Position numbers and translations under genes: made by a program. Below, piece by piece: positions 1 to 10,901 of a stretch of 64,000 bases of DNA (positions are counted from its first letter, which is position 1; the number at the start of each line of letters is the position of its first letter). Under the pieces are notes generated by a model. That model saw only the letters and a program-made list of their open reading frames with translations, was not told the origin of the DNA and did no database searches. This DNA comes from Mustelus asterias (Eukaryota), in contig NC_135808.1 in assembly GCF_964213995.1 (NCBI RefSeq), forward strand, positions 25,668,001 to 25,732,000. The letters are read 5' to 3'.

Positions 1-417
1 TGAGTTACCGGAGACTCTACACAAATAGTCCCAGTGCAGAATTCAAAGAGCCGTTCCTTACATGGTCACAGAACAGAATTAACATAAATGGTCCGAGTGC
101 AACAATAACAGTGCCCCTTTCTTAACGATCACTGTGCAGAATGAATAGAACCCTTCTGTAAATGATCAAAGTTAACAGAGACCCAGCATAGTATTAGCAG
201 TACTCTTCTCTGAATGGCCCCAGTGCTGAATCGACGAAGCCCCCCCATAAATGATCAGAAAGGAATTAATAAAGCTCCTCCTGATGTGATCACAGTACAG
301 AATTAACAGAGCCTCTCCCTAAATAATCACAATACATAATTAACAGAGCCCTCTCTAACTTGTCACAGTGCGGAATTCACAAGAGTCCCTCACTTAATAA
401 TCACAATGCAGAATTAA
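1..417. repeat. Degenerate minisatellite, ~36-37 bp unit, ~11 copies
   Basis: Recurring unit resembling CAGTGCAGAATTAACAGAGCCCCTCTTAAATGATCA, e.g. 292-328, 329-364 and 365-402. It starts at the window edge. Confidence 0.75.
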
Positions 418-510
418 GTTTCAGTTTATTTATTAATGTCACAAGTAGGCTTACATTAACGCCACAGTGAAGTTACTCTGAAAATCCCCTAGGCATCACA
501 CTCGGCGTAT
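418..510 (-). mobile_element. 3' fragment of the SINE variant with the GGGGATTTTCACAGTAACTTCA...AATAAATAAAC tail
   Basis: The reverse complement matches the 3' ends of the SINEs at 40463-40713 and 49093-49391. Confidence 0.65.
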
Positions 511-1375
511 GTTAGCGTACCCCTGAATCACCGCTCTCTTGTTCCTAACCTCTCGCCAACGAAAATCACTTTTCCTGATTTTCCAACTCTGTTATGATTT
601 TGACCTCCTTCCAATCTCATCTCAACATTTTCATCGTCATGAGAACTGCTCCACGCAAGTATAGCATGCTTGGATCCTGGCGTAGGTTCGGTAATCTGGC
701 TGACTGCCTCTCCATCTGGCTCCCCAAATTCTGTCCACGAAGTTCAAGAAATAGACCAGGAGATTGATGAAATATTCCCCACCCGTCAATGATCTGCGTG
801 GCGACAAGAGCACTTATCCAGCAAAAATCTATGCTAAGGTGCCGCAGACGATCGGAACCGCATCCACCACATTAAAGATTCACGCAAATACACCTGTGCT
901 GCACAGTGGGAGCGGTGTGTACCATGTATATGTTGATCACAGAAATTCGCACTTTGAGACCTCATTTCAAACCCGTGACATCTATTCGCTGAGAGGACAC
1001 GGGCAACAGATGCATTCCAGCGCACCACCGAGACCTCCCTTGAATCTGTACTGCCGGTCCATCACACTCGCTGGCTCACGAATGAGAATTACTTTGCCAA
1101 CAGCGCTGATGGTGCACTTAGATCTCTGTGACTGCTGTTCTTTAAGAAGGCAGCTCACCACCAGCTTTTTGAAGGGCAATAAATGCTGGCCTAACCAGCG
1201 ACACCCACATGCATGGATTAAGAAAACAGTCATGCTGCGTCCAGCCCTGAATGGTGGTGGACAATTGAACAGCAGAAATGAGGAGGGGGAACGGTAAGTA
1301 TTTCCATGCTCACTAAGAACGGAGACCAACACGCCAGTAAAAGACAACGTTGATACATTTGCCACCATCTTCAGC

Positions 1376-1566
1376 CAGTCCAAAGATGTGCGGGTTAGGT
1401 TGATTGGCCAGGTTAAAAATTGCCCCTTAGAGTCCTCAGATGCGTAGGTTAGATGGATTAGCGGGTAAATATGTGGGGGTAGGGCCTGGGTGGGATTGTG
1501 GTCGGTGCAGACTCGATGGGCCGAATGGCCTCCTTCTGCACTGTAGGGTTTCTAAGAATTCTATGA
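1376..1566 (+). mobile_element. 5'-truncated HE1-like V-SINE
   Basis: Near-identical to the 3' half of the full copies at 17905-18256 and 29859-30197, including the GGGCCGAATGGCCT...TTCTATGA tail. Confidence 0.85.
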
Positions 1567-1769
1567 ACTGTTGTGTGGACGATTCATCTCTTTCTCCTCC
1601 TCAGAATTCGAAAAGCACATATTCGGTTATTCAGCCAACTCAATGTGATATCAAGAAATGGCGAAGGGACTTCAATAACGAGTTATATACAGCTGATAGC
1701 ACCTGTGCTTAACAGCAAGGCACCAATGCTGTGCCAGTGAGCCATCACAATATTACAAAAAAAGAGAAA

Positions 1770-2130
1770 TAATGAACAAAGAAAAGTACAGCACAGGAAC
1801 AGGCCATTCGGCCCTCGAAGCCTGTGCCGATCATAAAGCCGTAACTGAACTAAAAAAAGCATGTCTTTATTCCATCCATATCCCGCTATTGCTGCCTTAT
1901 TCATGTATCCACACAGATGGCACTTACAAATTTGAAATGTGCCTGCTTCCACCACCTCCGTTGGCACTGCTTCAAACATTTCCCCGCACATCTGCCTTTA
2001 ACGTTCCTCTTCTCATCTTGAAACTGGGCACCTTGCAATTGAGACTTACACCCTGGGAAACAGCCTCTGACTATCCACCTCGTCTATGCCTCTCAAAATT
2101 TTAATGGGATTCATGAGGAATTCCCTCCAC
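1770..2130 (-). mobile_element. Degraded CR1-clade LINE 3' end
   Basis: Contains the reverse complement of the CR1/HER1 tail (AGTACAGCACAGGAACAGGCCATTCGGCCC) followed by decayed RT C-terminal sequence. Confidence 0.6.
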
Positions 2131-2139
2131 CAGTTGTAA

Positions 2140-3155
2140 TGGGATCAAAATGGCAGATAGTTGTGAGGCTGGAAGTCAAACATGTCAGACTGAAGACATC
2201 AATGGAGGAGTTTCTCGGGGTACTGTCCTAGGCTCAACCATTTTCAGCTGCTTCATTATCTGTTCCCTCCTTCATACGTTCTGAAGTGGGGAATGTTATT
2301 GATGTGCCCTTGCATGCAAGTCCTAATCAATTCTGTATGATTGCAGCAAGCCATCTCCATATGCCGCACGACCAGAAATGCATTCAGGTTTTGGCTGATA
2401 AGTAACAAGTTATATTTGCATCAGACAAGTGCCGGCCAATGACCATTTCCAAAAACATAAAACAGGTTAATCAATTTTCCTCGGCATTCATTTGTACTAG
2501 GAACGCTGAAACGCCATTAACAATATGCCAGAAATAGCATTGATCAAAAAATGAATTGGAACAGCGATATGAATGTCGTGCCTGCACGATAGGTTGGAGA
2601 CTGGGATGTCTGCGGCGAATATCTACCTCCTGACTCACTAAACCCTGTCGACTGGGCATAAATCAGCAGTGTGATGCAATACTCGGGACATGCTTGGATT
2701 AACTTCACTCCAACAACACTCAACAAGCGCAACACCTTCCAAGTCAAAGTTGTTTCGCACAACATTCACCACCTTCAACATCCAACTCCTCTCTCCGCCA
2801 CTGCAAAGCGAGAGCATGTGTGCCGTCTGCAAAATCCGCTTCAGCAACTCGCCGAGGCTCATTTGACAGTATCTTCCAAAATTTTGTCCTCTACCATCAA
2901 GAAGGACAAGTTCAGCAGACACATGGGAACACCACCACCAGCAAGTTTCCCTTGCCATGCTCACTTGAAAATATATGTATTTTCCTTTACTGTGGCTGGG
3001 TCCAAATCTTGGAATGCCCTCCCGAACAGTACTGTAGATAATACCTACACCTGAGTGACTGCAGCAGTCCAAATAGGAAGCACATCACCGCTACTCAAGA
3101 GCAGTAAAGATGGGCAATAAATGCTGACCTAGCCAGCGACGCCCATATCCCGTGA
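2140..3155 (+). mobile_element. Degraded LINE of a second family ('family B'), RT C-terminus plus 3' tail
   Basis: Ends in GATGGGCAATAAATGCTGACCTAGCCAGCGACGCCCATATCCC. Related pieces occur at 21270-22950, 34170-35030, 44390-45125 and, antisense, at 8540-8990, 25230-25740, 47405-47900 and 56660-58240. Confidence 0.65.
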
Positions 3156-3699
3156 AATAATTTAGAAAATCACCAAAAGCAAAGGGCACAGTTCTGACTC
3201 CTGTGAAAATGCACGGGAAACAGCCTTCCCATCCCAAAAACACCGAATGAAGATCACACTTTGCTTGCTGCCTCTCCTCAGATTTTGATAAGACTTGCCA
3301 CATTCCTGTGTATTGCAAATTATTTTTTCCTCCTTTGATAACCAATCAGGCATATACGACCTACTCAAGTGCATTGCTAAAATCCACACAGACTCCATCA
3401 AAACCACTACCCGCATCAAATACATTTTATTTTAACCTCGACTTATCTGTCTTCCCGCATTCTTGCACCAAACCTGTGGCCAGAGATAATTGGAAGATGA
3501 TGATCAAAATCTCCACTATTTGTACTCTTGCTATTCATAAGAGCCGGGAATTCATTGATTCCAGCCTGATGATTAAGAATCATCTATATATGTTCAACCA
3601 TTTAATAAGACGTAATCTGCCTTGAGATCTTATCATTCTTTCTCTGGAACTTCATGATTTGTATTTAAAAAATACCTTGGGTATTCCTTGTGAGCTTGT

Positions 3700-5605
3700 G
3701 TAGGCCTTTGGAGAGAGTGCAGCCGGAGTGAGATTCAGCCAGAATGAGGATATCGGAAATGTGGAGTTGGGTGGGAAGTCGGTGCTGAGGGGAAATCCTC
3801 GGGGAGAGTGGAAAGGCGGACCTGCGAAAGAGACTCGAGGGCAAGTGACATAGAAAGAAATCGAACCATGATGTCACAACCCGCAGGTAATTTATTGGCT
3901 GGTGACTGATAAGTCGTTTTTCTTTTTTATTCTCCTTGCCACCGTATTTGTTGTTGCAAGTTAACTTAAGGGTTAAGTCATGGGAGGATGTTCCAGAACC
4001 GTGTCATTCTCCTCTTGTGCGAAGTGGGAATTCAGGGGCCCCTCCAAAGTCCCTGGCTCCTTCACGTGCAATAAGTGTGTCCAACTGCAGCTCCTGTTAT
4101 ACAGCTTGGCAACTCTGGAGCTGCGGATGGCTTCACTTTGAAACATCCACCATGCTTAGGAAGTCGTGGATAGGACCTTCAGTGAGTTGGTCACACCGTG
4201 TATAAAAATTACTGAGGGAGAAAGAGAATGGGTGACCACCAGACAGAGGAAGAGGAGGAAGGCATTGCAGGGAACGCTTGCAGTCATCTCCCTCCAAAAA
4301 GATACACCGTTTCAGATACTGTTGGGGGAGATGGCTCACAAGGGGAAGGTGGAAGACATCAGGTTCATGGCACCTTGGCTGGCATTGCTGCACAGGAGGG
4401 CAGGAAAAAGAGTGGCAGAGCTATTAATTGTAAAGGGAATAGACACCCGTGTTTCTGCGGATGCAAACATGACTCTGGGGTGGTATTCTGTCTCCCTTGT
4501 TCAAGGGTCAGGGATGTCTCAGAGTGGTTGCAGGGCATTCGGGAGAGGGATGGTGAACAGCCAGCTGTTGTGGTGCATATAAGCACCAACGATATAGATC
4601 AAAAACGGGATGAGGTCCTACAAGCTGAATTTGTGTGTTAGGAGTTAAACTAAAAATGAAACCTCAAAGGTAGTAATCTCATGACTGCTACCAGTGTCGC
4701 ATGTTGTACAGAGTAGCAATGTTAGCATACCTAAGGTGAATACATGGCTTGAGGGATGGTGCAACCGCATATTAGAACCACTTATGGGGGAGGTGGGGCC
4801 AGTACAAATCAGATGGTCAGCATCTGGACAAGACTGGAACCAATGATCTCGGGGCAGATTTTGCTAGTGTTGCTGGGGAGGGTTTAAACCAATGTGGCAG
4901 GGAGATGGGAACCGATGCAAGATGTCAGAGGGAAGTAAAGTGGGGACAGAAACAAAAGGTAGTAAAGGGAAAAGTCCAACGCAGGGAAACCAAAGCCAAA
5001 AATCAAAAAGGGCCACAGTGCAGAGTACAGAGGCTGTGGTGACCTCAGTGGATGGGCCCAGTAAGTTAAAAGATAGAAAATGCTGGGAGAGTGTACAAAG
5101 CTTGACAGGACGGATGGCCTGAGGTGTGGTTGCTTTAAAGCAATGAGTATGACATGTCATGTGGTGAACTTAAAGCTTGGATTACTACATGGAACTGTGA
5201 TGATGTGGCAATTACAGAGAAGCCAATGAACGAAGGACAGGGCTGGCAGCTTAGCATTTCAGGATTTAGATGATTCAGGCGAGACAGAGAGGGTGACAAA
5301 AGAGGTGGGGCTGTTGCTTTACTGATTAGGGAGAACGTCACAGCTATACAGACAATCAGGGATACCTTGGAGGGATCATCCAGTGGGGAGAATTCAGGAA
5401 CCGCAGTAGTGAAATCACACTGTTGGAGTTGTACTACAGGCATCCCAAGAGCCAGTGTGAAGTGGAGCAACTGATATGTCAGCAGATTATGGGAAGATGT
5501 AAAAACAACATGGTTGACTTTAACTTCTGCAACATAGACTGGGATTCCATTAGTGCAGGGGCTTGGACGGGGCAGAGTTTGTTCAGCGTGTCCAAGAGTG
5601 TTGTC
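3700..5605 (+). mobile_element. Degraded CR1 LINE 5' half: 5'UTR, ORF1 (Cys-rich N-terminus plus SGNH esterase) and start of ORF2 endonuclease
   Basis: From ATG 3980: SSCAKWE...SFTCNKCVQLQLL (CR1 ORF1 zinc-finger/zipper), FCLPCSRVRDVSEWLQ...VVVHISTNDI (esterase block), then EN remnants (TTWNCDDVAITE, DFNFCNIDW). Many frameshifts. Confidence 0.8.
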
Positions 5606-6027
5606 TACCTCAGCTTTGCAAATATCGAACGACCCAGACTCTGCAGCCTTCCATGCTAAATGTTTCGAGAAATTGACTATCATCTGAGAGAAGAAATTCA
5701 TTCTTATCGTTCTTAAATTGGAGAGCCCTTACTCTCAGATGGTTTTTCACCATCCCTCTCCCGAATGCCCTGCAACCACTCTGAGACATCCCTGACCCTT
5801 GCACAAGGGAGACAGAATACCACCCCAGAGTCATGTTTGCATCCGCAGAAACACGGATGTCTATTCCCCTTACACTTAATAGCTCTGCCACTCTTTTTCC
5901 TGACCTACTGTGCAGCAATGCCAGCCAAGGTGCCATGAACCTGATGTCTTCCACCTTCCCCTTGTGAGCCATCTCCACCAACAGTATCCGAAACGGTGTA
6001 TCTTTTTGGAGGGAGATGACTGCAAGC
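4276..6027. repeat. 282-bp inverted duplication (4276-4557 and 5746-6027)
   Basis: The arms are reverse complements with about ten mismatches. The ORF track shows the same peptide on both strands (4166..4582+ and 5610..6095-). Confidence 0.92.
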
Positions 6028-6600
6028 ATCTTCGGCCTCCCACGAGGTCTCAGCATCAAACCTATCAAGCTCCATGACAACGTTATACTTCTCACTTAGT
6101 TTGCCTCTCATTCTTCCCAACTCACATGAGTACAACCCCAACGACTCAACGTCTCCTCATAGGTATGTCACTCCATACACGGGATAAAGCTTGTGAGCAT
6201 TCTCCGGGCTGCCTCCAATGTCAATGGATCTTTTCTTATATAGGGGGAGCAAAACCGTTCACACTATTCCCATCGTGATCTAAGTTGTGCCTTGTACGGA
6301 TTTAACAAGACTTTCTCATTTTAATACTGCATTCAGTTTGAAATAAAGACCAGCATTCCATTTGCTTTCCTCTTTACCTGCTCAACTAGCATCCCAGTGT
6401 TTTATGATTTATGCACGCGAATCCAATAATCACGCCAAGATGCTGCTTTCTGCAGTCCTTCTCCATTTAAATAATATTCAGATGCTTTATCTTATTTCCT
6501 CTTCAGCTAAATCTCAAGATAGACAAATTATCTTGTCTGCAATTGAGGACTTTGATTCCTGATCTATCTTTGGAATTTCTGTATAACTACCACAAATCTA
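5608..6600 (-). mobile_element. Degraded CR1 LINE RT/3' fragment, interrupted by the inverted copy
   Basis: Antisense NEFLLSDDSQF-type C-terminal remnants and GLYSCELGRMRGKL, matching the CR1 GLYSLEFRRMRGDL motif. Confidence 0.6.
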
Positions 6601-6618
6601 ATTGAATTATGATATCTT

Positions 6619-7511
6619 CCAAGATTGGTGGAGTAGTGGATGAGGTGGAGGGCTGTTGGAGGCTGCAAAGAGACATAGATAGGATGCAGAGCTGGGCTGA
6701 AAAATGGCAAATGGAGTTTAACCCTGATAAATGTGAGGTGATTCATTTTGGTAGGACTAATTTAAATGTGGATTACAGGGTCAAAGGTAGGGTTCTGAAG
6801 ATGGTGGAGGAACAGAGAGATCTTGGGGTCCATATCCACAGATCTCTAAAGGTTGGAATTCAAGTGGATAGAGCTGTGAAGAAGGCCGATAGTGTGTTAG
6901 CTTTTATTAACAGGGGGTTGGAGTTTAAGAGCCGTGGGGTTATGCTGCAACTGTACCGGACCTTGGTGAGACCACATTTGGAATATTGTGTGCAGTTCTG
7001 GTCACCTCACTATAAGAGGGATGTGGAAGCGCTGAAAAGAGTGCAGAGGAGATTTACCAGGATGCTGCCTGGTTTGGAGGGTAGGTCTTATGAGGAAAGG
7101 TTGAGGGAACTCGGGCTGTTCTCTCTGGAGCGGAGGAGGCTGAGGGGAGACTTAATAGAGGTTTATAAAATGATGAAGGGGATAGATAGAATGAAAGTTC
7201 AAAGACTATTTCCTCGGGTGGATGGAGCTATTACAAGGGGGCATAACTATAGGGTTCATGGTGGGAGATATAGGAAGGATATCAGAGGTGGGCTCTTTAC
7301 GCAGAGAGTGGTTGGGGTGTGGAATGGACTGTCTGCAGTGATAGTGGAGTCAGACACTTTAGGAACATTTAAGCGGTTATTGGATAGGCACATGGAGCAC
7401 GCCAGGATGATAGGGAGTGGGATAGCTTGATCTTGGTTTCAGATAAAGCTCGGCACAACATCGTGTGCCGAAGGGCCTGTTCTGTGCTGTACTGTCCTAT
7501 GTTCTGTGTTC
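6619..7511 (+). mobile_element. 5'-truncated CR1/HER1-like LINE (RT C-terminus, 3'UTR, tail)
   Basis: ORF 6609..7430 reads KIGGVVD...[12 protein letters not shown]...LVRPHLEYCVQFWSP...LERRRLRGDLIE. Tail is GAAGGGCCTGTTCTGTGCTGTACTGTCCTATGTTC. Confidence 0.95.
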
Positions 7512-8033
7512 CCTTTGAACAGCCAGAGGGATCGGTGTATTATCATTGTATCAGCTTGTGTGAAATATTGTGTATAGCTAAATCAAAACAGGATCATCTG
7601 ATAATTACGTTACGACTGGAATTGTCCGTATTTGGGGGGGTAACATTGAGGGGCTGCATTAGTTTGAGGCCATATGTCGACCAATTTAATTGTTTAGATT
7701 TATGGTCACTGAAAAGAGGGCAGCCACAACCTCGAGAATAGTTTAGTATTCCTGAGAGAACAGATTAAATTTGGAAAGCAATTCCTGAATGGACACAGCA
7801 GATTGCTCACTGAAACTGAAACATCTACTGATGGGCCTGATCGTGTTTAAATGTTCAACACCAATGCTGAGCTTGCAAATTCCATTTTTTAGTTATCATG
7901 ATAAAAGATGTTCAGTGATTATGGCTTTCCAATTTAATCTCAGGGCTGCCTATCACATCAGGTAGTTGACTCTGATATTCTAATCCATTTGATCGTTCTA
8001 GTTTTAAGCAAAAAAAAGATGAACGATGAACGA

Positions 8034-8077
8034 TGTTGCAACACGAATGACCCAGTTGACATTCCACGGGATATAAA
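8034..8077 (+). promoter_or_regulatory. Putative promoter of GPCR copy 1 (TGTTGCAACA palindrome plus TATAAA)
   Basis: Palindrome at 8034-8043 and TATAAA at 8072-8077. Same arrangement and spacing as upstream of copies 2 and 3. Confidence 0.6.
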
Positions 8078-9393
8078 TTAAAAGTTCTGAGAGCAATTTT
8101 CTATAACACAGAAGGAAACATCATTCTGCCCAAGACAAGAGACTTTTCACAGTGTCGAGAAAATATACTATATAGTTCTTGCCCTCATTGCTGTTCCTGG
8201 TAAGTGAAGCTGTGTTATCCTCTGCACAAGCTGTCCTCTGGTTTCGCATTGTGATGAATAATGTCAGTTGTCACAGTTACACAAATACCTGATATCTGAT
8301 GCCATGTTGGCAGTCAAATGTTGTGAATAACATCTCAAAGCTTAGTCCATTTCTTGAACAGGGCAAGGAACGCATTTGTAACTTACAGCTCTCTAAATTA
8401 TCAAGAAATTCCCTTGGTAGAATATCGCATACAGCTGAATTTCACAGACAAGAAACCCTCAAAGGGAAGATAAGTTTGGTACATTTATTCGTCCACATAA
8501 TGTGAATGTCGCGAGATAGACCTGTATTTTTATTTTCCATCCCTAATTGTGCTTCAGAGGGTGTTGGTAAGCCTCCCTCTTGGTGCACTGAATTCAATGT
8601 GGTGTAGATTCACCCACAGTGCTGTCAGGAAGAATGATTTGCGATTTTGACCCAGGGACAATGAAAAATACATGATAAAGTTCCAAGTCAGGCTGGTGCC
8701 GGACCTGAAGCAGAACTGCAGGTAATGATGTTCCCATGCAGCCGCTGCCCCCGGCCTTGCAGTTATTAGAAGTCGCTGGTTTTCTTTCAATATAAAAAGG
8801 AGTCCCGGTGAGTTGATTCACTGTATCTTGTCGACAGAACAACTGCTGCACTATGCGTCAGTGGTGGAGGGATCCAAAATTTCAGATGGTGGATGCGGTG
8901 CCACATAATTTGACTGCTTTCCACCAGATGAAGGCAAGCTTCTTGGATCTTACTGGAGGTGTACTCATTCATGGAGCGCATTCCATCATATGTCTCACTA
9001 ATCTCAACATTGCATGGATTCGTCATATCCTTTATGAATCTAATAGATGAACCAGGGAAATGTTTTACTGTCGATATCAGTCTGAGAATCAATGTATGAA
9101 GTGCAATATATTAATATTTCTCTGCTTGCTCTCAACAGTGAAAAAAACTGAAAGAGATGTCAAATACTGACAGGTAAGCGACAGGGCAGCAATTTTACTG
9201 TATTGGAATCCCATGGATAATGCCCTACACTTACTTGGAGCACAGTTACTGAAAATATTTTGCCTGTTTTGCTGCTAATTATCATTCTTTTCAACAACGA
9301 CCGAAAACTTTGTGCAACATGTGCGTTGTATTTTGTTTTACGATCTGGCTGTGATAGGGGTTGAATCTTGCCTAGTTATTCAATTTTACACAT

Positions 9394-10192
9394 CATAGAA
9401 CCATAGAACCATAGAAAATTACCGCTCAGAAACAGGCCTTTTGGCCCTTCTTGTCTGTGCCGAACCATTTTATGCCTAGTCCCACTGACCTGCACTTGGA
9501 ACATATCCCTCCACGCCCCTCTCATCCATGAACCCGTCCAAGTTTTTCTTAAATGTTAAAAGTGACCCCGCATTTACCACTTTATCCGGCAGCTCATTCC
9601 ACACTCCCACCACTCTCTGCGTGAAGAAGCCCCCCCTAATATTCCCTTTAAACTTTTCTCCTTTCACCCTTAACCCATGCCCTCTGGTTTTTTTCTCCCC
9701 GAGCCTCAGCGGAAAAAGCCTGCTTGCATTCACTCTATCTATACCCATCAAAATCTTATACACCTCTATCAAATCTCCCCTCAATCTTCTACGCTCCAGG
9801 GAATAAAGTCCCAGCCTATTCAATCTCTCTCTGTAGCTCAGCTTCTCAAGTCCCGGCAACATCCTTGTGAACCTTCTCTGCACTCTATCAACCTTATTTA
9901 CATCCTTCCTGGAGCTAGGTGACCAAAACTGTACACAATACTCCAAATTCGGCCTCACCAATGCCTTATATAACCTGACCATAACACTCCAACTTTTATA
10001 CTCGATACTCCGATTTATAAAGGCCAATGTACCAAAGGCACTCTTCACGACCCTATCCACCTGTGACGTCACTTTTAGGGAATTCTGTACCTGTATTCCC
10101 AGATCCCTCTGTTCAACTGCACTCTTCAGAGTCCTACCATTTACCCTGTACGTTCTACTTTGGTTTGTCCTTCCAATGTGCAATATCTCACA
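9394..10192 (-). mobile_element. 5'-truncated CR1 LINE with a (TTCTATGG)n tail
   Basis: ORF 9476..10183(-) is the RT C-terminus (ERDLG...LVRPNLEYCVQFWSP...LERRRLRGDLIE). Tail CATAGAACCATAGAACCATAGAA at 9394. Confidence 0.95.
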
Positions 10193-10901
10193 ATATCAGT
10201 TCATATTATTTCGCTAGGTCTGTCCTGAACATTACTCCTGTGTGTAGTGTTATCATGGTTCTGTATTATGCCGCAATAGAATGGTCTGTCTGGTTCACTG
10301 TCGTTTTCTCCTTTGATCAGTTTGTGGCCATTTCTTTGCAGAAGCTGAAGTCTAAATTTTGCACTGAAATAACGACAGCAGTTGTTTTAGTAACAACGGG
10401 CATTCTGATCTTTTTCAAGGACATACAATTCTATTTTACATTTGAACCTGGAGCGGGAATCAACAATGTCCCCTGGTTCTGTAATAAACGGGCAATCTAT
10501 TATACGGATCCTGCAGGGATGCAATTCGTTTGGTTTGATCAGGTTATGACCACATTGCTCCCATATGTTTTAATTCTGTTGCTCAATTCTCTGACAGTCA
10601 GATGTATTTTAATGACCAGTCGAGTCCATAAGGGTCTAAGGGGACAGAGCAAGGGAGATAATCACAGAGACCCAGAGATGGAGAGTCGAAGGAAGTCTGT
10701 GATTTTGCTCTTCACCATATCCGGCACTTTCATTCTTTTGAGGCTTTTATATGTGGTAGAATTCATAATTTGCAGTATTATAGGAATTCACCCCAAATTT
10801 AATAATCATGCTTTTTATATATTTACAGAAGTTTCACTTACGCTGTTGAGCTTGAATTGCTGTACAAATGCATTTATTTCTGGGGTGACTCAATCGAAGT
10901 T

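Noticed and set aside
1-417. CRISPR-like repeat-spacer array
   Set aside because: The units are degenerate along their whole length, there are no unique spacers or cas genes, and the context is vertebrate.
764-1297. 177-aa ORF as a gene
   Set aside because: It has no recognisable domain, and its 3' half runs through LINE tail remnants.
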